Shown: positions 39,986-50,759, counted from the first letter of the stretch. The stretch is DNA of 64,000 bases from Candidatus Bathyarchaeota archaeon (GCA_963827165.1 CAWGZR010000005.1:32001-96000); one strand, 5' to 3'. The notes: generated by a model not told the origin, from the sequence alone. Program-made: numbers and translations.

Positions 39986-40449
39986 TTCGACTCACCGTTA
40001 CATATTAGTGAAAGACCCTGAAAAATAACCGTTGCGCAAAAATTTGCCGATAAATAAGGTTTTAAACGCAAGCCAGGCAAAGAATTTCAAATCATTTTAT
40101 TATGATTCACCTTGGTTGGGGCGCTGGGCAATTAAGGAAGAAAAGTGGAAATGGGGAATTGCAGTTATCCACCGTCGGTTTTTTTAACCAGACGCCCTCA
40201 ACCAATAGTCAGAGTTTAACAGGTTACATATATTATTTTTCCTTTTATGGGCTCAAAAGTCAAGAAAATGAATGAAGAAGATTAAAATCATTTAAAAAAA
40301 ATCCGACGTTACGACGCGCCAAAAAATCGGGTCTTGAAAAAAGCAAATTTGCTTTTCTCTGACATCTTAGCATTGTAAAAAGGTGTTGACCGACTTGTTT
40401 ATCTTTAAAGCTGTTTCTATAAAACTGCAAACCGTACAGGCATGAAAGG

Positions 40450-41226
40450 TTGATACACGTGAAGCTAAGTCTGTCTAACGGAATCTTCAGCAAATTAAGC
40501 CTCAACGGGAACTTCGCTGCTGTTAAGCAGCTCGGGTTTGAAAACATCGAATTCAACATGAAAGCCATAAAGAAAGAGCATGACAGGGACGTCTATCGAG
40601 AACAGAAAGCGCTGGCTGCTTCCGGCTTGAATTGCCTCACACTTCACGCGGCTATTCTGCACGTGAAAGACCCCATCGAAGTCCACCAAGCCGTTTATTA
40701 CGGGAAAATCTCGCTTGAATGCGCTCGCGCTCTTGGCGTTTCTCTCATGACCATACACTCAAACGTTTCAAAGAAGCTGCCTCGCAACGTCAGGGAAAGG
40801 TGCTTGAACGAAATTTTCAACGATGAAATCAAGCCTTTTGCGAAAAAGCTGGGTGTCAAGTTGGCTTTGGAAAACCTTTCTTACACGTCGACTGGTTTTG
40901 GCAAAAACGTTGAGCAGCTTGAAGAAGTCCTATCCATCATCGGTGATGAAGAAATGGGAATAACTTTTGATTTTTGCCACGCACTCGAAACAAAACAGAC
41001 TGATCCTCTTTTAGAGAAATATGGCTGCCGCATCTGCAACATTCACATGGCCAATAAAGCGCATGAACCATTTACCGAACCCAAACCCGAACTGCTGTCC
41101 TTCCTGACCAAACTGCGGGGCTATGGCTATGATGGCCCAATAACCTTAGAGCTTGTACACGACACCCCTATTGAAGAAATTGCGAAAAGTAAAGCCCTTT
41201 TTGACAGACTTCTAAGCAAGTCTTAA
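40450..41226 (+). CDS. Sugar-phosphate isomerase/epimerase (xylose isomerase-like TIM barrel)
   Basis: LALENL, FDFCHA, IHM, ITLE metal-binding motifs. Confidence 0.85.
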   Translation: MIHVKLSLSNGIFSKLSLNGNFAAVKQLGFENIEFNMKAIKKEHDRDVYREQKALAASGLNCLTLHAAILHVKDPIEVHQAVYYGKISLECARALGVSLMTIHSNVSKKLPRNVRERCLNEIFNDEIKPFAKKLGVKLALENLSYTSTGFGKNVEQLEEVLSIIGDEEMGITFDFCHALETKQTDPLLEKYGCRICNIHMANKAHEPFTEPKPELLSFLTKLRGYGYDGPITLELVHDTPIEEIAKSKALFDRLLSKS

Positions 41227-41481
41227 CGGCTCGGACATTTTTCGCCTCGTTCACATATAGCCCGGATACCTTTCTGCGCGTTTATAAGCGTGGGTTCCCT
41301 TATGTGGGTGAAGAGTCTCTTTTGTTCTCTGGGTTAATCCAGTTCGAGTCACTGATTCTTTTTCAAGAGAAAAAACGAGAAGGGGTAAAAAAACACATGT
41401 ATTTTTTGGTTGGAGCATGGGCTCTGGAAGAGAAACTGCGGGAAAGTTCTCGCAAAACAATGGTGGCGGAGACTCGAATTT

Positions 41482-41688
41482 ATGGTTAATATCGGTGATG
41501 CAATAAGGTGTCCAGAATGCCAAACCTTAGGATGCGTAGTATGGGTTTCGCCTGACAAAAAAACGATGGGCGTGAGATGCCACATGAGTCATCGGGAAGC
41601 AGATCGACCGGCGTCTAAATACGGCGGGAGAGTTGCTGTCTCAACAAAGACAAGGAAAAACGTGGTTTTCATAACAGCAGTAAGCTGA
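41482..41688 (+). CDS. Small Zn-ribbon protein
   Basis: CPEC...CHMSH. Confidence 0.6.
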   Translation: MVNIGDAIRCPECQTLGCVVWVSPDKKTMGVRCHMSHREADRPASKYGGRVAVSTKTRKNVVFITAVS

Positions 41689-41770
41689 TTTTAGATATTT
41701 TGAGCAACTTTTTTGTCGCCTTTCCAATCCCGCCATCCTTCAGGGTGATTCAGCGCTGCTGAACTCATGG

Positions 41771-42082
41771 TCATAGAACGTAGATGTCTTGTACCGTTAC
41801 TAGCCCGTTGTCCCCGACTATAAGTTTTAGTTCTGGGAGAAGCGGTTCAAGCTTCGATTGCTGATCAATAACTTCGATTATTACAGGCATGTTGACCGTG
41901 ATGCCTTCAAGTTTGAGCGTTGATTTGCCTCTTTTGCCGAACCCGTCTACACCCGTCCAAACTGTGGCGCCGCTGACTCCTGCCTTGACCAAAAAATCCA
42001 TGACGAGTGGTTCAAGCCGTTTGCCGCCGAGCATGTCGTTTCGTTTGAACCTTATAGTTAAGATCCACATTTTGAGCCTCAC
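41771..42082 (-). CDS. DUF190 (PII-like) protein, usual crcB partner
   Basis: GATVWTGVDGFG, PVIIEVID. Confidence 0.88.
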   Translation of the reverse strand: MRLKMWILTIRFKRNDMLGGKRLEPLVMDFLVKAGVSGATVWTGVDGFGKRGKSTLKLEGITVNMPVIIEVIDQQSKLEPLLPELKLIVGDNGLVTVQDIYVL

Positions 42083-42468
42083 CTAACTATCCGCTCCATC
42101 AATTCGTTGCCGATTGCTTTTCCACCTAAAACGGCGCCCAAGGACAAACCGACGTTGGCTAATATGTTCAGCGCCACTAGGATAAAGCGGTTGTTATCCA
42201 TGAGGTTGCTGGTTTCTAACGCGAACGAGGACATTGTTGTGAAGGCCCCGCAGAACCCTGTAGCAACAAGCAAGGAGTAGTTTGAATCCAAGTTTAAAGC
42301 AACTGCCAGAACGGAGAACAACCCCAGAATAAAGCTGCCGATAACGTTGACTGCTAAAACGTTTATGGGCAAACCGCCGACAGTTTTCGATGAAGCAACC
42401 ATTGAGTAACGGAGAAAAACGCCGACTAATGCGCCAGCCGCTAACAACGCGAATTCTATCATTTTCAT
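42079..42468 (-). CDS. crcB: Fluoride channel Fluc/CrcB
   Basis: VNVIGSF, GFCGAFTTMSSF. Confidence 0.95.
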   Translation of the reverse strand: MKMIEFALLAAGALVGVFLRYSMVASSKTVGGLPINVLAVNVIGSFILGLFSVLAVALNLDSNYSLLVATGFCGAFTTMSSFALETSNLMDNNRFILVALNILANVGLSLGAVLGGKAIGNELMERIVR

Positions 42469-42492
42469 ATGTGCCTACCTTTCTTCTTTTGA

Positions 42493-42556
42493 GTAGGCAT
42501 TATCAGCGTCCTACGGAGCGGTTCTGACCGTGCGGTCAAGGCTAATGCCATAGCGC
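42493..42556 (-). ncRNA. Fluoride (crcB) riboswitch
   Basis: GCTATGGCATTAGC...AACCGC...GCTGATAATGCCTAC matches the crcB-motif pattern and lies just upstream of crcB. Confidence 0.85.
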
Positions 42557-42726
42557 AGATTTTAATGCAAAAATCAAGACACAAATTATTATATTTATTG
42601 GTTCAAAAAAAGTATTTTTGACCATGCTCAAGAAACTTTGACGGGGGGTACCATTCTGCGACTACCCCAGGTCAAAATTAGGCTTTTCCGAAACCTAAAA
42701 TAAGCTGGCAACAAAATTGTACCCAT

Positions 42727-43995
42727 TTGAGGTTTAAAGCCTTGTCATCCATTATTGAAGACCTCATTGCCAGAAAAGTTTTCAACAACCGTGGAGAAGA
42801 AACCATTGAGGTTGACGTAATCACAACTGGCGGCTTCGGTAGAGCTGCCGCTCCCGCTGGGAAAAGCCGCGGAAAAGCCGAAGTGGAATATTACCCGCAA
42901 GGCGGAGTCGACGCAGCCATAAAGAAAGTTGACGATTTGATCGCTCCTGAACTCGCAGGGTTGAACGCTGATTTTCAAGAGGAAATCGATAGCACCCTAC
43001 ACGAAGTGGATGGTTCAACGGATTTCAAGAACATCGGCGGAAACACAGCATTCGCCATCTCATTAGCCAATGCTGAAGCCGCCGCGAACAGCCATGGGCT
43101 TTTGCTCTTTCAGTTTCTAGGAGGCAACGCTGCAACTACGCTGCCCTACCCACTTGGCAACTGCATAAGCGGCGGTCAACATGCTCGGGGCAAAGCTCCA
43201 GACATCCAGGAGTACCTAGCGTTGCCGCGTGGAGCTGAAACCTTTGTTGAGGCGCAGACGGCGAACACCCAGATTCACCGTAAAATCGGCGACTCACTCA
43301 AGAAGAAAAGCACGACTTTTAACGGGGGCAAAAGCGACGAGGGCGCCTGGATAGCTAACATCGACACGACTGACGCATTTGAAGTGATTGCCAAAGCCTG
43401 CGAAGAAGTTGGTAACGAACTTGATTTTGAATGCAGCTTCGGCATAGATGTGGCGGCTTCTTCACTTTGGAAACCTAAAGAGGAAAAATACGTTTACCAG
43501 AGCGAGGGAAAGAAGCTGGAGACAGCCGAGCAGCTAGAGTTTCTCCTTGAATTAATCGAAAAGTACCACATCGCCTATGTTGAAGACCCATTTCACGAGG
43601 AAGATTACGAAAGCTTCGCAGAATTGACCCGTAAAGCCAAAAACTGCCTCGTCTGTGGCGACGATTTGTTCACAACTAATACTGAAAGGTTAAATAATGG
43701 AATTAAGATTAACGCTGGAAACGCGATCATCATAAAAGTCAACCAGATTGGCACTCTCAGCGATGCAGCTCTAACAATCGAGACAGCACAACGGCACGGG
43801 TACGACCCCGTAGTGTCCCATCGTTCAGGAGACACATGCGATTGGCACATTGCTCATTTAGCTGTGGCATACAAGTGCCCACTCATCAAGACAGGAGTAG
43901 TTGAAGGCGCACGCATAGCCAAGCTGAACGAACTGATACGCATCGAGGATTTCCTCGGGCATAGAGCCAAAATGGCTGATTTAAAAATACGCTAA
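42727..43995 (+). CDS. eno: Enolase
   Basis: DIQE, DVAAS, EDPF, GDDLFTTN, KVNQIGT, SHRSG; start may be TTG at 42742. Confidence 0.95.
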   Translation: MRFKALSSIIEDLIARKVFNNRGEETIEVDVITTGGFGRAAAPAGKSRGKAEVEYYPQGGVDAAIKKVDDLIAPELAGLNADFQEEIDSTLHEVDGSTDFKNIGGNTAFAISLANAEAAANSHGLLLFQFLGGNAATTLPYPLGNCISGGQHARGKAPDIQEYLALPRGAETFVEAQTANTQIHRKIGDSLKKKSTTFNGGKSDEGAWIANIDTTDAFEVIAKACEEVGNELDFECSFGIDVAASSLWKPKEEKYVYQSEGKKLETAEQLEFLLELIEKYHIAYVEDPFHEEDYESFAELTRKAKNCLVCGDDLFTTNTERLNNGIKINAGNAIIIKVNQIGTLSDAALTIETAQRHGYDPVVSHRSGDTCDWHIAHLAVAYKCPLIKTGVVEGARIAKLNELIRIEDFLGHRAKMADLKIR

Positions 43996-44009
43996 CAGAA
44001 GTGAAAAGT

Positions 44010-44798
44010 ATGTCTGAAGACGAAGTAAAAGATAATGAACAGGTAGAAAACGAAGAGGAAAACATAGAGGAACCTGCCCCAGAAGAGCAGCAAGCCGAGC
44101 ACACTGAAGCTGAAACCGAAGAGGTTCCGCCAGAAGAAGAAACAGCACAAGCTGCCCCAGCCGCTGAAGCAGCATCAGGCGAAGAACTTCTTTTGCCCCG
44201 CGACACGTTGTTGTCAGCAGGCATCCACATCGGCACTCGAATGAAAACCTTAGACATGGAACCATTCATTTACCGTGTCCGCCCAGACGGTTTATTTGTG
44301 CTTGACGTTAAAAAAACAGACGACCGAATAAGAGTAACCGCGAAATTCTTGTCACGTTACGAACATGCAAAAATCTCAGTGGCAGCAACAAGGCTGTACG
44401 CTCAAGAACCAATCAAAATGTTCTGCAAACTTACAGGCGCAACACCGCTCATCGGCAGATTCATCCCAGGGCAGCTTTCTAACCCACAGTATCCAGGCAG
44501 AATCGACCCTGAAGTCATAGTTGTCTCAGACCCCAGAGCAGACGCGCAGGCAGTTAAGGAAGCAAGCAATGTCGGCATTCCGATCGTCGCCCTATGCAGT
44601 ACAGACAATGAGTTTGCAGGCGTTGACTTGGTGATCCCAACCAACAACAAAGGAAGACGAGCGTTGGCAGTCATATTCTGGCTTTTAGCGAGGCAAATTC
44701 TACGGGAAAGAGGCGAGCTTGGCCCCGACAAAGACCCGCCGGTAACCATCGATGACTTTGAAGCCAAAGTGACACGCGAAGAGGAGGAGGAACCCTAA
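44010..44798 (+). CDS. rps2: 30S ribosomal protein uS2 with acidic N-terminal extension
   Basis: AGIHIGT, GRFIPG, IPTNNKG. Confidence 0.96.
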   Translation: MSEDEVKDNEQVENEEENIEEPAPEEQQAEHTEAETEEVPPEEETAQAAPAAEAASGEELLLPRDTLLSAGIHIGTRMKTLDMEPFIYRVRPDGLFVLDVKKTDDRIRVTAKFLSRYEHAKISVAATRLYAQEPIKMFCKLTGATPLIGRFIPGQLSNPQYPGRIDPEVIVVSDPRADAQAVKEASNVGIPIVALCSTDNEFAGVDLVIPTNNKGRRALAVIFWLLARQILRERGELGPDKDPPVTIDDFEAKVTREEEEEP

Positions 44799-44803
44799 AG
44801 AAG

Positions 44804-45655
44804 TTGCCGACCCTTCGGCGTCCTACCGTCGCAGGACAGTTTTACGAAGCCGACGCCGAAGAGCTCAGAGCACAAATTAAAAGTTGTTTCCTCCACAAGA
44901 TAGGCCCACAAAAACTTCCGGAAATAAACCTTAATTCTCACCCGCGAAACATCGTCGGGTTAATTTGCCCCCACGCAGGATACATGTATTCGGGTCCCGT
45001 TGCGGCTTCCGCTTTTTACGAGTTAGCCGAAGACGGCAAACCAGACACAGTTGTGCTTATGGGACCAAACCACACCGGTTACGGTACCGCTTTGAGTATG
45101 ATGAGAGAAGGCGCATGGCAGACCCCCCTCGGCAGCGTAGAAATAGACACCGCTTTAGCAGATCAGATAAGAGCTGAGACCGGCCTAATAGACATCGACG
45201 ATGTCGCCCACCGCTATGAACACTCGATCGAAGTGCAGTTGCCATTCCTTCAGTTTCTTTATGGAGACGCGTTCAAGATTGTTCCCATCTGCTTTCTGAT
45301 GCAGGATTACGATTCGGCCACCGAAGTTGGAAGCGCACTTGAGGAAGCTTTGGACGCAACCAACACCGTGGTCATCGCTTCTTCAGATATGACTCATTAT
45401 GAACCCGTAAAGAAGGCGGCTGAAAAAGACAAAGCAGCACTCAAAGCCATAACAGATCTGGATGCAAAATGTTTCTACGAAACAGTTGAGTCTCAAAACA
45501 TCACGGCATGTGGCTACGCGCCCATAACGGCCCTAATCACTTACGCAAATGGCATTTGCGCCAAAGCTCAACTGCTGAACTACCATAACAGTGGCGACAT
45601 AACAGGCGACCACTCTAGTGTCGTAGGCTACGCAGCTGTAAGCTTTAAAAAATAG
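44804..45655 (+). CDS. MEMO1 family protein (AmmeMemoRadiSam B)
   Basis: AGQFY, PHAGYMYSG, EHSIEVQLPFL, SSDMTHY. Confidence 0.93.
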   Translation: MPTLRRPTVAGQFYEADAEELRAQIKSCFLHKIGPQKLPEINLNSHPRNIVGLICPHAGYMYSGPVAASAFYELAEDGKPDTVVLMGPNHTGYGTALSMMREGAWQTPLGSVEIDTALADQIRAETGLIDIDDVAHRYEHSIEVQLPFLQFLYGDAFKIVPICFLMQDYDSATEVGSALEEALDATNTVVIASSDMTHYEPVKKAAEKDKAALKAITDLDAKCFYETVESQNITACGYAPITALITYANGICAKAQLLNYHNSGDITGDHSSVVGYAAVSFKK

Positions 45656-45667
45656 CGTAAATACTTT

Positions 45668-46321
45668 TTAAATTGAGTTCCATCTGCTGAGGGCTTCCAG
45701 TTTTTTCCTGTCGCTTTTAAGCTGCTGAATCTCGACGTAAATATCATTTGCCGCTATATACTGAACATCATACTGACGGATCGTATCCTGCATTGCTTCT
45801 CCCCAATTCAACAGATGCGGGTAACATGGTTTGATTTGGTTGCTACCCTCTGGGCGTTCAAACCAAAATTCACAGTAAGTCCCTGTATAGCCGCTGGTTG
45901 TAACCCGGAAACCAAACTTCTCCAGCACAACCCCCAATTGGCCCAATACGCGACGCACTGCCCGATCCAAAACCTCAGGAAACTTGTCAGCTACCTGCTT
46001 ATACCGTTCAATAGATTCGTGTAGACACGGCTTCAAATGCCACCACAAATCGGGATTATCGAATTCCTCATGAACCGTTCTATTTGCGCCCTTAACCAAA
46101 GAGTTAACATCAGCTTTCATGGAACCAATTCCTTCTTCAGTCAACCCTAATGTGACTTCGGGAGATTTGGTAATGTAATCCTTCGCAGTCTTTCTGTACC
46201 ATTCAGTCGCGAAAATCACGGTTTCTTTCGTAAACTCAACTTTGAGTTCGTCCATGCTTGAGAGAAGAGGGGAAAGCTCCGCTTCTTTTCTCGCGATCAA
46301 AGCGTCTATTTCTTCACTCAT
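45668..46321 (-). CDS. Hypothetical helical protein
   Basis: 217-aa ORF with RBS-like GAGG; no motif recognised. Confidence 0.7.
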   Translation of the reverse strand: MSEEIDALIARKEAELSPLLSSMDELKVEFTKETVIFATEWYRKTAKDYITKSPEVTLGLTEEGIGSMKADVNSLVKGANRTVHEEFDNPDLWWHLKPCLHESIERYKQVADKFPEVLDRAVRRVLGQLGVVLEKFGFRVTTSGYTGTYCEFWFERPEGSNQIKPCYPHLLNWGEAMQDTIRQYDVQYIAANDIYVEIQQLKSDRKKLEALSRWNSI

Positions 46322-46816
46322 GCACAGAAATCCTCAAAGTCCCATTTTGAACGTGTTCCCTTCAATGTCTAATACTGATAGATGAAAAAAGATTCTGCAA
46401 CTGAAATCTATATTCAGGTTCCAGATTTGCACTCACTTAAAATCTGAATAAAACGTCATCGCTGTCTGCCGAAGGCATATAGAGCAAGCGATACAGAGGT
46501 CTTCATAACCAAGCGGTTGTAACATCAAAGTGCAACAACATCATCTTATATCTTAATCTCACGTAACGTGTGTTGAGCGAGAAAGGAAAAGCAAGGGATT
46601 GCCAACAACAGTTGGGCGGTCTGGCTGATAACGAGGCGACAAGGCATCTTTGCCCAAAAGTTTTTGCCTGTCCCCCGCTAACACATGGCTTGGCCACCTA
46701 ACGCTACTTTTACCTCCATTAAAACAAGGCAATCTCTTTAACGGTATTTTTCAAAATATAGTTTAGATTTTGATTTTCCAAAAAAAGGAAAAAAGAGATT
46801 AAAGTAGTTGGCTTGC

Positions 46817-47005
46817 CTATAATTTGCTTTTTACTTTTGAAGCTGCTTTCTTGGTTTCTTTAGCCGCTTTTTCGCCGACTTTTTTAGCGTCTACAGCGAC
46901 CTTCTTTGATTCCTGAGCAACTTTTCCGCCTGCTTTCTTGGCGTCAACTGCAACTTTTTTTGCTTCTTCTTCTACTTTATTTTTCGTGTTTTTTATAGTT
47001 GGCAT
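46817..47005 (-). CDS. Small Lys/Ala-rich repeat protein
   Basis: KKVAVDAKK repeated at 18-aa spacing; followed by a T-rich terminator. Confidence 0.65.
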   Translation of the reverse strand: MPTIKNTKNKVEEEAKKVAVDAKKAGGKVAQESKKVAVDAKKVGEKAAKETKKAASKVKSKL

Positions 47006-47256
47006 AATTTTAACCAGTTTAAGTTTTGGGATTCCACATTTAAAAAGCCTCTGTTTTTTACTTCTCTTTAGGAAAGGCTCTTTAAAAAATCCCAGTTTCT
47101 GTTTCCAAACCCATGCCTAAGCTTAAAGCATTTCAAGCTTCATCTTGAACAAACCGCAGAATTCAAGTGAATTGGCGGCTTTTTGAAGCTGCGTTTTAGC
47201 AAAAGAATGTTTTTATTATTATTGACATTATAGCTACCGTTTAAGGTGTAAAGTGT

Positions 47257-48198
47257 ATGGGTAAAGGGTCAGGTTACGGGAAAGTGATTTTGTTCGGCGA
47301 ACATTTTGTTGTCCACGGTGCACCCGGCATCGTCTCCGCAATTGACGCAACAACAGACGCCGAAGTCAAAAAAGCCGCAAAAGGCTTAAACATCAAAGAC
47401 GAAAGAAAAACCGCCAAAGGATATAGCGAAGAAAAACGTCTTCAACAAATCGAATCCATAGAGAGAATGTTAAGAACCATGGGTATCGATCCCAAAATCG
47501 GGTTTGACATTTGGGTCGGTGGGTCACTTCCAGGCTTCAGTGGACTCGGTGCTTCCGCGGCAAGCAGCGTCGCCATAGCACGAGCCATAGCGCAGGAACT
47601 GGGAATGCAAATTTCTGATGAAAAAATCAATAAGATAGCTTATGAGGCGGAGAAAGCTTACGCAGGCAACCCGTCGGGCATCGACAACACGGCGGCAACC
47701 TACGGAGGCTTGATGTGGTTTAAAAAAGACGCGGCTGGTGGACAAGACAAGATTGAAAAACTGCATTTGCGGAGACCAATCGAAATTGTCATCGGGAGCA
47801 CAGGCAAAGTCGCAAACACCAAAGCCATGGTTGAAGGCGTCGCTGAACGCAAAGACAAAAACCCAGCCAAATACGACCCGATTTTTAAACAGGCTGAAAA
47901 TATAGCTGTTGCTGGGCGAAGAGCCCTCGAGGGATACGATCTAAAAAAAGTCGGCGAACTCATGAATGAAAACCACCGTCTTCTCCAAGAAATCGGCGTT
48001 TCCAGCAAAGAACTTGATATGCTTGTTGAATTAGCTCATAAACAGGGGGCTTTTGGGGCAAAGCTTACAGGGGGAGGAGGAGGCGGATGCATGGTGGCAT
48101 TGACTCCTGGGAAAGAGTTGCAAGGCAAAGTTTTGAGCGCTATCAAAAGCTTAGGGCTTGAAGTGCTAAGCACAAGGATTGGCGCAAACGTCTATTAA
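47257..48198 (+). CDS. mvk: Mevalonate kinase
   Basis: GKVILFGEHFVVHG, GLGASAA, PSGIDN, GAKLTGGGGGG. Confidence 0.95.
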   Translation: MGKGSGYGKVILFGEHFVVHGAPGIVSAIDATTDAEVKKAAKGLNIKDERKTAKGYSEEKRLQQIESIERMLRTMGIDPKIGFDIWVGGSLPGFSGLGASAASSVAIARAIAQELGMQISDEKINKIAYEAEKAYAGNPSGIDNTAATYGGLMWFKKDAAGGQDKIEKLHLRRPIEIVIGSTGKVANTKAMVEGVAERKDKNPAKYDPIFKQAENIAVAGRRALEGYDLKKVGELMNENHRLLQEIGVSSKELDMLVELAHKQGAFGAKLTGGGGGGCMVALTPGKELQGKVLSAIKSLGLEVLSTRIGANVY

Positions 48199-48428
48199 GC
48201 AAAGAGATTGAAGCGGGAAATTCGCCCAGTCAACCACTTTTCCTTTAATTCAAGACCTGATTTTCCGAAAGGAGCACATGGTAGAATTCTATGTCTTGGT
48301 GCTCAAAAGGGCTGATCCGTGATCTTTTGCGAAAAAACCGGCACAGGTGGGTGGGAAGAGCCATCAATTTTATTTGACGAATATGTCTTAGTATGCATAG
48401 TTGTGTATAACTGGGGGCTGAAGATGAA

Positions 48429-49181
48429 ATGGAGGGATAGAACGGCTCCTGTTTGACCTTTTAAGCGACAGCAGACTCAGCAATCTTCGAGAGCTAAAAA
48501 ACAAGCCGTCTAAAATGAATTAGCTTGCAAGAAAACTGGATTTGACCGCCACTGAGGGTTTTAGGCAGTTACAGCGCTTAAGCGAAGATAAATTGATTCA
48601 GAAACTCCCTGACGGAAACTATGCCATGACAGAATATGGCAAGTTAACTCTCCAGTTTTTGAAACCAGTCGAGTTCATATTTCAGCACAGGGATTACTTT
48701 TTGACCCAGGATATTTGGCGTTTGCCGTACCCCCTACGTGAATCGAATTGGCGAACTATCAGGCGCCTCTCTCGGTATGGACACAATCGAGAACATCAAC
48801 ATGGCTGCCCACGTAGTCGGCGAAGCGGAAAAGTACGTTTGGGGCTTAGGCGACAAAGCGTTAGAATCAATAGGGACGGAAATGGTAAAGGGAATTTCAA
48901 GAGGCGTCAAATTCCGTTTCATTTTCAATGAAAGCTTGCTGCCCAACTACAAGCCTGTTATCGGAGAGGAGCCCTTCATTGAAAAGAGAATGCTAACTGA
49001 GATACCGGGATTAATTTTTTGCACTGAGAAAGATGCTGGAGTTTGCTTCCCGTTGATTAATGGAAGGATGGATTACCTTGGTTTCTTTGGAAGAGACCAA
49101 ATGTTTGTGAATTGGACCAAAGACTTGTTTCAATACTACTGGGACAAAGCAAAAGCCTGCCGTTCATCGCCAAAGCAGTAA
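48429..49181 (+). pseudogene. wHTH/DUF1724-type regulator pseudogene
   Basis: Frameshift just after ATG, in-frame TAG at 48521, second frameshift near 48730-48737 joining the two ORF-track fragments. Confidence 0.8.
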
Positions 49182-49249
49182 CCAATAACCAGCCGATGTA
49201 AATGCCATTCTTTTATGAATTCTTTACTTCCTTAACATAGCCTAAAATT

Positions 49250-50512
49250 CTATAAATTTATGACTTCAGCCTTTTCTGGGATACAAACATCTGTTAGCCC
49301 TGAAATTTGCTGATAAAGAGCTTCTGCCTGCTTGAGGTCACCATGCACTAGAACTGTTCGCTTTGGCTTGAGCTGTTTTACCAATTCTACAAGTTCCCCT
49401 TGATCTGCATGACCAGAAAGTTCAATCTGAACAATCTTCGCCTTAACCGAATATCTCTCACCATCAATCTTAACATAACCCTTGTCTTTAGCCAGTTTCA
49501 AGGGGCTGTCGGAAGGCAAATAACCTGAAGTGACAATCACAGTATTCTCCTCAATTTCTGCCCATTCATTAAGCAGGGCAAGGCTGGCGCCTGCATGGCC
49601 AAAACCCGGAGTACACACCACTATAGACGGTTCCTCAATCTCTGTTGTTCTATCAATCTCTCGCACATGCTTATACTCAAACGGTTTTGTTCGTTGCTTG
49701 GTCCCTTGCTCAAAAACGTCTTTGTTAGCGTTGAAAATTTTTGTTATTCTATTTGCCAACTTGGAAAGCATATATACGTTATAGTTGGGCAATGTTCCGT
49801 TTTCAATTGCTTGATCTATTCGTTTAGCCATCTCTTGACTTCGGTGGAACGCAAAAGTGGGAATCAAGACGTTGCCTCTGTGCCTTAAAGTGGTTTTAAT
49901 CTCAGAAAACAATTGGTCGATAAGTTCCCCACGCGGCTGCCTATTTTTTCCGCCATATGTTGACTCTGAAATAAGAACATCCGGCTCTTTCGGAAGGACA
50001 TTGACGTTGCAGCCTTCGAGGATTTCAGTATTATGCAGACAAAAGTCCCCAGTGTACAGGAGAGATTTTCCGTCGACGTTGATGCCTGTCATGCAGGCGC
50101 CGGCGACATGCCCAGCAGGATACATATCTACCTTCATATCCTGTAAAGCTAGGGATTCCGGGGAAGCCCAATACTCTTTTAGCTTCTCTGCTGTTTCGTT
50201 ATAGTATCCTGTTGCTTCACCGTTGAGTTCTTGAACTTTTATCATGTCTTTTAGCAATTCAACAGTAATGTCCCGAGTAATTCTTGAGCCTACTATCACT
50301 TGGTTGTTTCTGGATTTAGATAGACGAAGCAGGCTTCCTGAATGGTCCAGGTGGGCGTGGCTGATAATTATTGCGGCAAAGTTTTTGGGATACTCATCGG
50401 TTACATTGTCGAGTTTTATGCCGTAATCTAAAGCGATCTTATAGCGGTCAGTTGTAACTGCAATGCAGGAGCCGCCGACTTCTCTTGCTGCACCTAAGAC
50501 ACGAATCTTCAA
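49250..50512 (-). CDS. MBL-fold beta-CASP ribonuclease (aCPSF-like)
   Basis: LGAAREVGGS, SHAHLDH, AGHVAG, ESTYG, LSGHAD, LVHGD. Confidence 0.9.
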   Translation of the reverse strand: MKIRVLGAAREVGGSCIAVTTDRYKIALDYGIKLDNVTDEYPKNFAAIIISHAHLDHSGSLLRLSKSRNNQVIVGSRITRDITVELLKDMIKVQELNGEATGYYNETAEKLKEYWASPESLALQDMKVDMYPAGHVAGACMTGINVDGKSLLYTGDFCLHNTEILEGCNVNVLPKEPDVLISESTYGGKNRQPRGELIDQLFSEIKTTLRHRGNVLIPTFAFHRSQEMAKRIDQAIENGTLPNYNVYMLSKLANRITKIFNANKDVFEQGTKQRTKPFEYKHVREIDRTTEIEEPSIVVCTPGFGHAGASLALLNEWAEIEENTVIVTSGYLPSDSPLKLAKDKGYVKIDGERYSVKAKIVQIELSGHADQGELVELVKQLKPKRTVLVHGDLKQAEALYQQISGLTDVCIPEKAEVINL

Positions 50513-50759
50513 TTTTTTTCCTCGTCTAAAAGTAAGGAAACCCTTTCTTAAGCTAAGGCAGCCCATCAAATATTAATGTAGTTATTTGCAAAGCAGTTAT
50601 TCAGGCGATTAAGGAGCATTAAGATGATTGATACATCTGTTTAAATTGATGCTGAGTTGATGCCGTAAAAGCCGGAACTTTCATTTTTGCAATTGACAAC
50701 GATTCAGCGATTCTTTTATTAAGACTGGGAAATGTTATTTTGAAAAGAGGCGAACCGAA

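Noticed and set aside
46430-46640. Ferredoxin remnant (EDLCIACSIC on the minus strand)
   Set aside because: Only a partial motif with no coherent reading frame
48521-48523. Pyrrolysine read-through at the in-frame TAG
   Set aside because: The same gene has two frameshifts, so pseudogenisation is the simpler explanation
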